DNA of 63,857 nt, counting the filler. It is 13 parts of 13 records of this genome, joined end to end, with 100 filler letters (N's around TTAATTAATTAA, not from the genome) between each part and the next. Parts side by side here need not be neighbours in the genome. Positions count along the whole stretch, not along the records: positions 21,646 to 27,517 come from SRR11831586_1872; positions 27,618 to 36,629 come from SRR11831586_1877; positions 36,730 to 38,761 come from SRR11831586_1878; positions 38,862 to 48,013 come from SRR11831586_1891; 9 more parts are not named here. One strand, 5' to 3'. This document shows, piece by piece, positions 24,821 to 39,074 of this stretch. The notes below the pieces were generated by a model that saw only the letters and a list, made by a program, of their open reading frames with translations, made no database searches and was not told the origin of the DNA. Each line of letters begins with the position of its first letter. The stretch's first letter is position 1. Both the position numbers and the translations under genes were made by a program.

Positions 24821-26100
24821 ATGAGCGACCAGGAGAGGTTGCATCGAATCCCGCCGACCGTACATGATCTCCACCGTCAAAAGGTACGTCATACTGTGTT
24901 TTGTTTGCAGTCAGTTGCTGATAATCCTGTTTTCGTAGCGGCGACTGTCAAACGCATCGATCGATTCGCGATCCCGGCGGCGAAACAGTCTAGGAAACCT
25001 CAGCATTCTAACGCATTCTTTGGGTGCAGGACGAGACATGACAGATAGTGAGTACGCAAGTAGTGATGAAGAAGGGTTACTGGACTTGGACGATGGGGAT
25101 GACGAGACTATACCTCCGCTTTCTTTTATATCCCCCTCGCCCGTCAGCAGTGCGTGCGGTTCATCGGATGGTTTGATGGTGGCTGCTGCGTGTCGCAACG
25201 GAAAGGTGGCATTATGGGATGCGCGCACCGGCGCTTTGAAGACGCTGCTGGACACTGGGTTTCGCATCGCCTTCTGCGTGCGTATCTCCTGCGACTGCAC
25301 ACGGCTGATGGTTTCAGTGCGGGGCGAGTCCAGCGGCCCCGCTCCGCTTCAAATCTGGAGCCTGCACACGCGCACCATCATGCACTCACTGGAACGAGAG
25401 GGCCACACGCGCGAGGTGTACTGCTGCGATTTCAATCCGAGTGGGGAGCTGGCGTGCAGTGCCAGCGCGGACGGCACTGCGATCGTGTGGGATGTCGCGC
25501 GGGAGACCCCAATCCGTGTGCCACGTGTTTTGCGCGTTCTTCTCCCGTAGTGGGCGGTACGTGACCACGGCCGGGTCGGACGGTGCCGCGTGCGTGCTGG
25601 ACAAGGAGCGCAGGTTTGAGTGTGTGGCTGTGCTGCGAGACCCGGCCGCACGCAGCGCGATCGCGTACTGCTGCGCGCTCAACCACGACGACACGTTAGC
25701 GGCGACCAGCTCCAGCGACGGGCGTGTGCTGCTGTACGAGGCGGGGTCGTGGTCGCTCATCGGGCAGGTCGCCCAGCTGCAGTACCACGTCTTCTGCCTG
25801 ACGTTCTCCCGCGACGGCCGCCTGGTCCTCTCCGCGGACAGCAGCGGCACGGTCACGGCGTTCGACCTGCACTCGCTGCGGGTGGTGCGGACGTGGCGCG
25901 TGCACCGTGATGAGGTGTACACCGTGTACAACCCGCCGCACTCCAACCTGTTCTGCACGGCGGGCGGGGACGGCATGGTGTACCTGCTGCCGGTGCCGCG
26001 GGAGTATCGTGTGGAGGAGCCGGCCCCCGTGGACCCGGATGAGTTCTTGCATATGGACTGGCGTGCGGCGTACCGTGACGCCGCGATCAAGCTGCGGTAG
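24821..26100 (+). pseudogene. Second WD40 gene (paralog); exons 24821-24883 and 24939-26100, frameshifted at 25521/25522
   Basis: WD40 repeats in one frame up to ...WDVARETPIRV continue in another frame as HVFCAFFSRSGRY...; intron GTACGT..TAG at 24884-24938. Confidence 0.7.
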
Positions 26101-26772
26101 ATATGCGGGGAGGGGGTGTGTGCTGATGCAGAAAGACTGTGTGAGTGGGGTAGGAGGGGTGGTGGTGGTGGTGGTGGTGGTTCTTTGTATATATCTTTCG
26201 TTGTGCTTTTTTTGGGGGGTGGGGGCTTCATATGTTGCGCGTGCGCTGCGGAATCGCGGGCGAAAGAACTGGTCATCGTCGGCCGCGTGCTCCGCAGCTG
26301 TGTGAATATGTTTTCCGGTTTCCTCGTTTGAACCCTCTATGTGTATTTATGAATGCCAGGAGTGGAGGCCTTGGCTATCGTATCTATATTGTTATGTGGT
26401 GGTATGGGCTCGCTGGTGTGTGATGGCGTCTCATACTTATTTCGGCCTGTGTTCGGATGTGCGCAGCGTTGTTGTCGGCTGTGTGTTAATTCTCGGTAGG
26501 AGGTATATATAAGCGTGTGTGAGATGCGCCATTACATGTATAACTACCAATGCAAACGTGGTGAAAGCGACTCGCGATACCGTGGTCCACTACGAACCAC
26601 ACTATGATTGGTGTAGATATGACGGCCGAAGCGCGGGCTGCACAGCAGAACATATCGATATCATATGCGTTGTCTCTCTGACAGCAGACAAACAAGATTT
26701 CAAGTGCAAAGTCTCAAGAAACTCGCGAAAGCTTGAAAAGTCCTATTTCTTCGTAGAGGCATTGTGTGGTAC

Positions 26773-27294
26773 ATGTCTGCTCCATCTACTACTGACGCGC
26801 CGTCGCCAGTGATCAAAACAGTTCATGTGCGTTCCAAGTTGATTGGTAATGCGCTTGTTGTGCTGACGTGTGGACCAGGATGATCTTTCAACAATCCCCG
26901 ACGAGGCGTTCAAGGCGGCGAAGAAAGTCGTACGCCACGACTTGACCCATATATGTGATTGCTGACTTGCTGTGTAGATAGCGGGCCCTTTATGTTTAGA
27001 AATTGTTAAGATAGTGGATTCCACGCAACCATCTTATTCTTCCACCGAGTCCGGAAAGCATCGAGTTCTCATGTTGGAGTTAACTGACGGCGTGCGCATC
27101 GTAAAGGGTCTTGAGTACAAGCACATGTCAAAATTCAGGTTCGTTTTGTTTCCATCGACGTTTCTGGTGTGCTCAATCTTTGCAGCACTCGCATCCCGCC
27201 CGGCACCAAGGTGAAACTCACGAATGTCACCTCCTACAACACGGTGCTTCTGCTTGACGACCAGTGTATCGAGGTTGTAGGCCCGGTGGGAAAG
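26773..27294 (+). CDS. TDRD3/RMI1-type OB-fold protein, 5' part; exons 26773-26826, 26879-26929, 26978-27138, 27186-27294
   Basis: Spliced product IAGPLCLEIVKIVD...RVLMLELTDG...KGLEYKHMSKFSTRIPPGTKVKL...VLLL matches the RMI1_N OB-fold signature. Confidence 0.8.
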
Positions 27295-27399
27295 GTATGT
27301 GTTCTTTCGGGTTGCCTGCTTGGTGCCCACTGTGGTCTTCTTGTTGGTTCGCACTGCATTGTTACGTCCATACACCACGACATTCCTTCACACAGGCGT

Positions 27400-27517
27400 T
27401 CACACGCACACTCACTCACACACTCGCACTCACACTCACACTCACGGTCAAGCTCACTCACACACGCACCCACGCACACACCTACGTACACGCACGCGCA
27501 CACACACACACACACAC
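27400..27517 (+). repeat. CA/CACT microsatellite in an intron, running to the contig end
   Basis: Degenerate (CA)n/(CACT)n run. Confidence 0.9.
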
Positions 27518-27617
27518 NNNNNNNNNNNNNNNNNNNNNNNNNNNNNNNNNNNNNNNNNNNNTTAATTAATTAANNNNNNNNNNNNNNNNNNNNNNNNNNN
27601 NNNNNNNNNNNNNNNNN

Positions 27618-28155
27618 GGTGGTTAGTCGGTTCGTCGAGCAGCAGCAAGTCTGAACGGCAAATCAGCGCCTGGGCAAGGTTAAGACGCATACGCCAGCCC
27701 CCGGAAAAATCACTTACCGGGCGCTCCAGTTGTTCATTGCTGAAACCGAGGCCGTGCAGCAGGCTGGCAGCACGGGAGCGAATACTCCATGCGTCAATAG
27801 CATCCAGCTTGCCATGAATGGTCGCAATGGCGTGCCCGTCGTTACGTTCGTTGGCGTCGTGTAGCTGCGCTTCTAGTTGACGATATTCACGGTCGCCGTC
27901 AATGACATATTCCAGCGCCGCTTGCGGTAACGCCGGCGTTTCCTGATTCACCCACGCCAGTTGCCAGCTTCCCGGAAAGGTGTAGCTGCCGCCGTCGGCG
28001 CTGATTTCATTTTTCAGCAATGCCAGCAGGGTAGATTTACCACAGCCGTTTTTACCCACCAGGCCGACTTTCTGCCCAGGGTTGATGGTGGCGGTGGCAT
28101 TATCCAGCAGGACGCGCACGCCGCGACGAATTTGTAACGAGGAGAAAACAATCAT
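27618..28155 (-). CDS. yheS: ABC-F ATPase YheS, 5' part
   Basis: GKNGCGKS, FSGGWRMR, LLLDEPTNH motifs. Confidence 0.95.
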
Positions 28156-28282
28156 AAGGTGCCGTATGTTCAGACTATGTTAACTTATCATTATGATAAT
28201 GTAATGTATGGGCGAGCTGCCGCACCGGGCGCAATGGTAGCCCAAAACAGCGACTATACACAAAAACCATACCGGGAGGGGG

Positions 28283-28837
28283 ATGATGTCTCAGCCAGCG
28301 AAAGTTTTGCTGCTGTATGCCCATCCGGAATCTCAGGACTCGGTGGCAAACCGGGTACTGCTTAAACCGGCCACGCAGCTCAGCAATGTTACCGTGCACG
28401 ACCTTTACGCGCACTATCCCGATTTTTTTATTGATATCCCCCGTGAGCAGGCATTACTGCGCGAGCACGAGGTGATTGTCTTTCAGCATCCTCTTTATAC
28501 CTATAGCTGCCCGGCGCTACTGAAAGAGTGGCTGGACCGGGTATTAAGTCGTGGTTTTGCCAGCGGGCCGGGAGGAAACCAACTGGCGGGAAAGTACTGG
28601 CGTAGCGTGATTACCACCGGCGAGCCGGAAAGTGCTTACCGTTATGACGCGCTGAATCGCTACCCGATGAGCGATGTGCTGCGCCCCTTTGAACTGGCGG
28701 CGGGCATGTGCCGGATGCATTGGTTAAGTCCCATCATTATTTACTGGGCGAGACGGCAAAGCGCACAGGAGCTGGCGAGCCACGCCAGAGCCTACGGTGA
28801 CTGGCTGGCAAATCCGCTGTCTCCAGGAGGCCGCTGA
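28283..28837 (+). CDS. kefG: KefB ancillary protein
   Basis: Flavodoxin-like fold ([23 protein letters not shown]). Confidence 0.96.
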
Positions 28838-30643
28838 TGGAAGGTTTCCGATTTTTTACTCGCAGGAGTGCTGTTTCTCTTCGCGGCGGTGGCTGCGGTG
28901 CCGCTGGCATCGCGGCTGGGTATTGGCGCTGTGTTGGGATATTTGCTGGCAGGGATTGCAATTGGCCCGTGGGGGCTGGGGTTTATTAGCGACGTCGATG
29001 AGATCCTCCACTTTTCGGAACTCGGCGTGGTATTCCTGATGTTTATCATCGGCCTTGAGTTGAATCCCTCCAAACTTTGGCAACTGCGGCGTTCGATTTT
29101 TGGCGTAGGCGCGGCACAGGTGCTGTTAAGCGCGGCGTTGCTGGCGGGATTATTGATGCTGACGGATTTCGCCTGGCAGGCGGCGGTGGTCGGTGGCATT
29201 GGCCTTGCGATGTCTTCAACTGCAATGGCGTTGCAATTGATGCGTGAGAAAGGGATGAATCGCAGCGAATCCGGCCAGCTCGGGTTTTCGGTTCTGCTGT
29301 TTCAGGATCTGGCAGTAATCCCAGCACTGGCGTTAGTGCCGTTGTTGGCGGGGTCGGCAGACGAACATTTCGACTGGATGAAGGTCGGCATGAAGGTGCT
29401 GGCGTTTGTCGGCATGCTGATTGGTGGGCGCTATTTACTGCGTCCGGTATTCCGCTTTATTGCAGCTTCTGGCGTGCGGGAAGTGTTCACCGCCGCGACG
29501 CTGCTGCTGGTGTTGGGTTCCGCATTGTTTATGGATGCGCTGGGGCTGTCGATGGCGCTCGGTACATTTATTGCGGGCGTGCTGCTGGCGGAAAGTGAAT
29601 ATCGCCATGAACTGGAAACGGCTATCGATCCCTTCAAAGGCTTGCTGCTCGGTTTGTTCTTTATCTCTGTCGGCATGTCACTCAACCTCGGGGTGCTTTA
29701 TACCCATCTGTTGTGGGTAGTGATAAGCGTGGTTGTGCTGGTGGCGGTGAAAATTCTCGTGCTGTATCTGCTGGCGCGATTGTATGGCGTGCGTAGCTCA
29801 GAGCGGATGCAGTTTGCTGGCGTGTTGAGTCAGGGTGGTGAGTTTGCCTTTGTCCTCTTTTCTACCGCTTCTTCACAACGCTTATTCCAGGGCGACCAGA
29901 TGGCGTTGTTGCTGGTGACGGTGACGCTTTCCATGATGACCACGCCGTTGCTGATGAAGCTGGTGGATAAATGGCTATCCCGCCAGTTTAACGGACCGGA
30001 AGAAGAAGACGAAAAACCGTGGGTCAACGATGATAAACCCCAGGTCATTGTCGTGGGCTTCGGGCGTTTTGGTCAGGTGATTGGTCGTTTGCTGATGGCA
30101 AATAAAATGCGCATTACCGTGCTGGAGCGGGATATCAGCGCCGTTAACCTGATGCGTAAATACGGCTACAAAGTTTATTACGGCGACGCCACGCAGGTCG
30201 ATCTTTTACGTTCTGCGGGTGCAGAGGCCGCTGAGTCTATCGTCATTACCTGTAACGAGCCGGAAGACACCATGAAGCTGGTGGAAATATGCCAACAGCA
30301 CTTTCCGCATTTGCATATTCTTGCGCGAGCGCGCGGACGTGTGGAAGCGCATGAGTTATTACAGGCAGGGGTGACGCAGTTTTCCCGTGAAACATTCTCC
30401 AGTGCGTTAGAGCTGGGGCGCAAGACGCTGGTCACGCTTGGCATGCATCCGCATCAGGCACAGCGAGCGCAACTGCATTTTCGCCGCCTGGATATGCGGA
30501 TGCTGCGAGAGCTCATCCCAATGCATGCCGATACCGTACAAATTTCTCGCGCCAGGGAAGCCCGACGCGAACTGGAAGAGATTTTCCAGCGTGAAATGCA
30601 ACAAGAACGACGCCAGCTGGACGGCTGGGATGAATTTGAGTAG
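28837..30643 (+). CDS. kefB: Glutathione-gated K+ efflux protein KefB with apparent +1 frameshift near codon 4
   Basis: CPA2 transporter plus KTN domain (GFGRFG); ATG 28837 overlapping the kefG stop is 31 nt upstream of, and so out of frame with, the 28868 ORF. Confidence 0.93.
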
Positions 30644-30652
30644 AGGGTAAAG

Positions 30653-30853
30653 ATGGCAATCCGAAAACGTTTTATTGCGGGCGCAAAATGCCCGGCCTGT
30701 CAGGCGCAGGATTCAATGGCGATGTGGCGCGAAAATAATATTGATATTGTTGAATGTGTTAAGTGCGGACATCAGATGCGAGAAGCAGACAAAGAAGCCC
30801 GCGATCACGTTCGCAAAGATGAGCAAGTGATCGGGATTTTTCATCCGGACTAG
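30653..30853 (+). CDS. yheV: Zinc-ribbon protein YheV
   Basis: RKRFIAGAKCPAC...ECVKCGH; 66 aa. Confidence 0.92.
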   Translation: MAIRKRFIAGAKCPACQAQDSMAMWRENNIDIVECVKCGHQMREADKEARDHVRKDEQVIGIFHPD

Positions 30854-30947
30854 CGATATGCGCCGAGTTTTTTTAAGCTAGTGAGTACACGGCTGCAGAA
30901 TTCCGCTACAATCTGCGCCACTATTCTTCCCATGCTCAGGAGATATC

Positions 30948-31538
30948 ATGAAAGTAGCAAAAGACCTGGTGGTCAGCCTGGCCTATCAGGTACGTACAGA
31001 AGACGGTGTGTTGGTTGATGAGTCTCCGGTGAGTGCGCCGCTGGACTACCTGCATGGTCACGGTTCCCTGATCTCTGGCCTGGAAACGGCGCTGGAAGGT
31101 CATGAAGTTGGCGACAAATTTGATGTCGCTGTTGGCGCGAACGACGCTTACGGTCAGTACGACGAAAACCTGGTGCAACGTGTTCCTAAAGACGTATTTA
31201 TGGGCGTTGATGAACTGCAGGTAGGTATGCGTTTCCTGGCTGAAACCGACCAGGGTCCGGTACCGGTTGAAATCACTGCGGTTGAAGACGATCACGTCGT
31301 GGTTGATGGTAACCACATGCTGGCCGGTCAGAACCTGAAATTCAACGTTGAAGTTGTGGCGATTCGCGAAGCGACTGAAGAAGAACTGGCTCATGGTCAC
31401 GTTCACGGCGCGCACGATCACCACCACGATCACGACCACGACGGTTGCTGCGGCGGTCATGGCCACGATCACGGTCATGAACACGGTGGCGAAGGCTGCT
31501 GTGGCGGTAAAGGCAACGGCGGTTGCGGTTGCCACTAA
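30948..31538 (+). CDS. slyD: FKBP-type PPIase/metallochaperone
   Basis: FKBP domain plus His/Cys-rich tail; 196 aa. Confidence 0.98.
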   Translation: MKVAKDLVVSLAYQVRTEDGVLVDESPVSAPLDYLHGHGSLISGLETALEGHEVGDKFDVAVGANDAYGQYDENLVQRVPKDVFMGVDELQVGMRFLAETDQGPVPVEITAVEDDHVVVDGNHMLAGQNLKFNVEVVAIREATEEELAHGHVHGAHDHHHDHDHDGCCGGHGHDHGHEHGGEGCCGGKGNGGCGCH

Positions 31539-31553
31539 TACCGAAAAAGTGAC

Positions 31554-31580
31554 AAAAAGCGGGGAATCCCCGCTTTTTTT
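31554..31580. terminator. Bidirectional terminator between slyD and slyX
   Basis: AAAAAGCGGGG-AAT-CCCCGCTTTTTTT. Confidence 0.85.
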
Positions 31581-31585
31581 ACGCC

Positions 31586-31804
31586 TCAATAATGTGGCGG
31601 TGGCGTTTCTTCAGCCTGCGACGCGATGTTCGACGGCTGGCTGGCTTTTAACTTCTCGGTCAGCAGACGCAGATGATCGCGCAGTTTCGCCATCTCCATT
31701 TCATGAGCGGTCACCGTGACGTTCAGTTCTTCAATGGTGATTTCCTGAAAAGCCAGTCGGCTCTCCAGCTCTGCCAGGCGTGCTTCCAATGATAAATCCT
31801 GCAT
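31586..31804 (-). CDS. slyX: SlyX protein
   Basis: LESRLAFQE...ETPPPHY; 72 aa. Confidence 0.95.
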
Positions 31805-32024
31805 GATTCACCTCTTTTGTCGAATGGTCGCCGCGGATTCTACTTAACTTTGCTGCCCGAGACAGCACTCATTTCGCGGTCATCGAAACTAATTTAAACA
31901 AAAAGAGTCTGAAAATAGATGATAATAGGGCGTGTCTGTATGTAGATTTGTTCGACAACGCTTTATAGTACCCTTCTGATAATAGTTAACCCTGGGGTGA
32001 GATGCCCCGATCCTGGAGATATGG

Positions 32025-32837
32025 ATGAAATCACTGTTTAAAGTAACGCTGCTGGCGACCACAATGGCCGTTGCCCTGCATGCACCAATCACTTTTGCTG
32101 CTGAAGCTGCAAAACCTGCTACAGCTGCTGACAGCAAAGCAGCGTTCAAAAATGACGATCAGAAATCAGCTTATGCACTGGGTGCCTCGCTGGGTCGTTA
32201 CATGGAAAACTCTCTAAAAGAACAAGAAAAACTGGGCATCAAACTGGATAAAGATCAGCTGATCGCTGGTGTTCAGGATGCATTTGCTGATAAGAGCAAA
32301 CTCTCCGACCAAGAGATCGAACAGACTCTACAAGCATTCGAAGCTCGCGTGAAGTCTTCTGCTCAGGCGAAGATGGAAAAAGACGCGGCTGATAACGAAG
32401 CAAAAGGTAAAGAGTACCGCGAGAAATTTGCCAAAGAGAAAGGTGTGAAAACCTCTTCAACTGGTCTGGTTTATCAGGTAGTAGAAGCCGGTAAAGGCGA
32501 AGCACCGAAAGACAGCGATACTGTTGTAGTGAACTACAAAGGTACGCTGATCGACGGTAAAGAGTTCGACAACTCTTACACCCGTGGTGAACCGCTTTCT
32601 TTCCGTCTGGACGGTGTTATCCCGGGTTGGACAGAAGGTCTGAAGAACATCAAGAAAGGCGGTAAGATCAAACTGGTTATTCCACCAGAACTGGCTTACG
32701 GCAAAGCGGGTGTTCCGGGGATCCCACCGAATTCTACCCTGGTGTTTGACGTAGAGCTGCTGGATGTGAAACCAGCGCCGAAGGCTGATGCAAAGCCGGA
32801 AGCTGATGCGAAAGCCGCAGATTCTGCTAAAAAATAA
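32025..32837 (+). CDS. fkpA: Periplasmic FKBP PPIase/chaperone
   Basis: Signal peptide, FKBP_N and FKBP_C (VIPGWTEGL); 270 aa. Confidence 0.98.
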   Translation: MKSLFKVTLLATTMAVALHAPITFAAEAAKPATAADSKAAFKNDDQKSAYALGASLGRYMENSLKEQEKLGIKLDKDQLIAGVQDAFADKSKLSDQEIEQTLQAFEARVKSSAQAKMEKDAADNEAKGKEYREKFAKEKGVKTSSTGLVYQVVEAGKGEAPKDSDTVVVNYKGTLIDGKEFDNSYTRGEPLSFRLDGVIPGWTEGLKNIKKGGKIKLVIPPELAYGKAGVPGIPPNSTLVFDVELLDVKPAPKADAKPEADAKAADSAKK

Positions 32838-32847
32838 GCATTAAGAA

Positions 32848-32877
32848 CCGCCGCCTGACCAGGCGGCGGTTTTTTTA
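32848..32877 (+). terminator. Rho-independent terminator after fkpA
   Basis: CCGCCGCCTG-AC-CAGGCGGCGG followed by T7. Confidence 0.85.
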
Positions 32878-33003
32878 TTACAGGCCGGATATAATTAGTG
32901 CTGGAAAGCGGAACCTCCGCTGTATTAATTTAGTTACCCGCATCATTAATGAGCCTGCCCTGAAAAGTTAACGACAGGCTCCTGAAAAGGAGTGTTTTTT
33001 TTC

Positions 33004-34111
<1,108 letters not shown>

Positions 34112-34112
<1 letters not shown>

Positions 34113-34471
34113 TGAAACGAATTGCGTTTGTTTTTTCTACTGCACCTCATGGTACAGCCGCAGGCCGGGAAGGTTTAGATGCTTTACTGGCAACTTCCGC
34201 ATTAACTGACGATCTGGCTGTCTTCTTTATAGCTGATGGCGTTTTTCAGCTGCTGCCAGGACAAAAGCCCGATGCAGTGCTGGCGCGTGATTACATTGCC
34301 ACTTTTAAATTGTTGGGTCTGTACGACATTGAACAGTGCTGGGTTTGTGCGGCTTCACTGCGCGAACGCGGGTTAGATCCGCAGACACCCTTTGTTGTCG
34401 AAGCCACGCCGCTCGAAGCAGATGCCTTACGCCGCGAACTCGCCAACTACGATGTTATTTTGAGGTTTTGA
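34112..34471 (+). CDS. tusC: TusC
   Basis: DsrF-like; APHG...[10 protein letters not shown]. Confidence 0.96.
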
Positions 34472-34478
34472 GGCGTTT

Positions 34479-34766
34479 ATGCTGCACACATTACATCGCT
34501 CACCCTGGCTGACGGATTTTGCTGCGCTGCTGCGTCTGCTCAGTGAAGGAGACGAACTGCTATTATTGCAAGATGGCGTAACTGCCGCAGTTGACGGTAA
34601 CCGCTACCTTGAAAGTCTGCGTAATGCCCCCATTAAGGTCTATGCCCTGAACGAAGACCTTATTGCCCGCGGTTTGACTGGTCAAATTTCGAACGACATC
34701 ATTCTCATTGACTATACTGATTTCGTCAGACTTACGGTTAAGCACCCCAGCCAGATGGCCTGGTGA
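34479..34766 (+). CDS. tusB: TusB
   Basis: DsrH-like; LLLQDGV and DLIARG. Confidence 0.96.
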   Translation: MLHTLHRSPWLTDFAALLRLLSEGDELLLLQDGVTAAVDGNRYLESLRNAPIKVYALNEDLIARGLTGQISNDIILIDYTDFVRLTVKHPSQMAW

Positions 34767-34788
34767 TGGCGGGATCGTTGTATATTTC

Positions 34789-35266
<478 letters not shown>

Positions 35267-35347
35267 TGGTTCTCCGTTAAGTAAGGCCAAACGTTTTAAC
35301 TTAAATGTCAAACTAAACTCGTAGAGTTTTGGACAATCCTGAATTAA

Positions 35348-35902
<555 letters not shown>

Positions 35903-35917
35903 ACGCCTAAAAGATAA

Positions 35918-36629
<712 letters not shown>

Positions 36630-36875
36630 NNNNNNNNNNNNNNNNNNNNNNNNNNNNNNNNNNNNNNNNNNNNTTAATTAATTAANNNNNNNNNNNNNNN
36701 NNNNNNNNNNNNNNNNNNNNNNNNNNNNNTGTTTATGTGTGTGCGTGTTGATCTCCTTCTGCACGTTTCTGGTGCTCCTGCATTAGATAGATAGTATGTC
36801 GCGTCCGCTAACACGTGCATATTATGTGTAATTTCTCTCCTGTCTGTCTGCGCTGACTGACACTCTTGTAACCAG

Positions 36876-38710
36876 GGCCGTTGGATTCTTGTGGATAATA
36901 TCCGTGTGCGTGCGGTGGGCAAGTCTTCTGCGGCACGCACACGCACTGCGCCTGGCACAACAGGATCAGGTGCGTTTGTAGCTATATATATATGTACGGA
37001 TCTAGTCTAAGGGCTGTCCAATGTTATAATCATTGCAGTGAGTTTACATACTTGTTTCTGATGGCATCCAACATGATTGGCTGAACTTATTTCACGATCG
37101 TATGGCGTGCCATTCTGTGTGTTTCTATCTCTCTCGATGCACTACGTCTGAGAATGTATCGAAAACGGTCTCATCACTTCCTGCACAGCGGATATTTCCC
37201 AGTCCCGTACAGCCATTGCGGGGACAACCAGGGCGCTTCTTCAATCAGCCCCGCACTATGCGGTGTACTTTGAGGGTGGGCGCAAACAAACGCCTTTCGT
37301 GAAGCTGCGTGATCTTCAACCGCACGCCGAACTGCAAGGTCCCGCTGTTATTATCGGTGTGTGGGTGTGGCACACGCTTTATGCGCGTATGTGTCTGTGT
37401 ACTGTATGTGGATGTATATAATACGCTACGACTGTGTGTAGAATGACTTTACTGGGATCTTATATGTGATTTGCGCGGCATGAACGTGGCGCGCGATGGT
37501 GGTAAGTGTTACACAGTGCTCAATGATGGTTTGCGTGTGCGAACGTTGTAGATGAGACCTTTACTGTGGTTGTGGAACCGGACTGTGTGGCCCGCATTAC
37601 CGAATCAGGTGATATTCGACTCGAAATTTTGAACAGTCGAGCAAGCAAGGTGACCACAGACCTGGACAGTGTGCAGCTGTCCATCTTCAGCCATCGCTTC
37701 ATGAGCATCGCTGAGCAGATGGTACGTGTGCCGCCCAGTCATCCAATCGTGTTGCGTTGATTGGTATTCGTTATGATCTTTATTCCGGTGGCTTCTGTGT
37801 TTTCTTTCTAAGTGCGCTTGATTTAATATAAATACCTTCATTTATGTTTAGTTTTAAACCCGTATTAACATCACTGTGTTATAGGGCAAGTCTCTGCAGC
37901 GAACCTCCGTCTCCACCAATATTAAGGAGCGTCTGGATTTCTCCTGCGCCCTGTTTGCCGATGACGGCTCACTGGTGGCCAATGCGCCCCATCTGCCTGT
38001 GCACCTGGGCGCCATGCAAGACGCGGTTCGGTTTCAGATCCGCCATCTGGGTATGCGCTGCCTTGCACCAAGTGTATGTTTTGAGGGGACGATGCCGGGG
38101 AGTGTTCTGGTGGGGAGGGGCGGCGGGCGGTGTGTGATGGCGTTTTAGTCTGTATCTGACGCGTACGGACGTCTATATACGTGCGGAACAGGCGATAACT
38201 GGAAAGAGGGGGAGGTAATTGTGGCCAATCATCCTGCAGCGGGCGGCTCCCACCTACCTGACATCACTGTCATCACACCGGTATGTTGGACCGAAACAGT
38301 GCGCCCCTTCAGTTGTTATTGCCCGCTTTTAGTATGATACACTCTTTATCCCAGAAACAGGGATCTATTGGTACTCCCTTCTTGGTCCCCTTCCCCTCTC
38401 TGTCGCCTCATCAAACGCATGATGCCCACCAGATATTCTCCACACACACGCACACACCGACACTCAGGCACACACATACATTTTCTCTCTCACTCACGCA
38501 CACATTTTCACTCACACACACACACACACACACTTTCTCACCCTCCATGTTCACTTCCGCAGGTCTACCATAAGGGCCGTCCCGTATTCTACCTGGCCAA
38601 CCGCGGGCACCACGCAGATGTTGGCGGAATCAGTCCCGGAAGCATGCCTCCATTCTCGCATGAGCTGATTGAAGAGGGTGCCACAATCTTGTCGTTCATG
38701 TTGGTGGAAG
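36876..38710 (+). CDS. OPLAH: Eukaryotic 5-oxoprolinase, internal fragment; exons 36876-36969, 37189-37356, 37552-37721, 37885-38050, 38192-38280, 38563-38710
   Basis: Spliced peptide [16 protein letters not shown]...[40 protein letters not shown]...[18 protein letters not shown]...[17 protein letters not shown]; all intron phases consistent. Confidence 0.93.
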
Positions 38711-38861
38711 GTGCGCGGGAATTGAGGCGTGGTGTGTGTTTGTGTTTGTGTTTGTGTGTGTNNNNNNNNNNNNNNNNNNNNNNNNNNNNNNNNNNNNNNN
38801 NNNNNTTAATTAATTAANNNNNNNNNNNNNNNNNNNNNNNNNNNNNNNNNNNNNNNNNNNN

Positions 38862-39072
38862 GTTCCCCTTGCGGGTTACGTTCAGGGAAATTGATATCCT
38901 GACACTTGGTGACGCAAGCCTGGCAGCCTACGCACAAGGTCGAGTCGTACAACATCCCCAGCGATCCCGGAATTGGCGGGCGGTTTTCAGCAGCCGCATG
39001 ACTGACAGACGGCAGCGCGCCCGTCAGCAATGCCCCGCAGGAGGCTGCTTTAATAAAATTACGTCTGTTCAC
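38862..39072 (-). CDS. hybA: Hydrogenase-2 Fe-S subunit HybA, 5' part
   Basis: Tat signal [18 protein letters not shown]. Confidence 0.94.
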
Positions 39073-39074
39073 GG

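Noticed and set aside
22395-26276. Long minus-strand ORFs (269, 311 and 296 aa) over the WD40 genes
   Set aside because: Antisense frames of GC3-rich exons with no recognisable domains.
27169-27573. His/Thr-rich and Cys/Val-rich ORFs (also near 38283-38573, 52702-52998, 53623-54136)
   Set aside because: Translations of intronic CA/TG microsatellites, not proteins.
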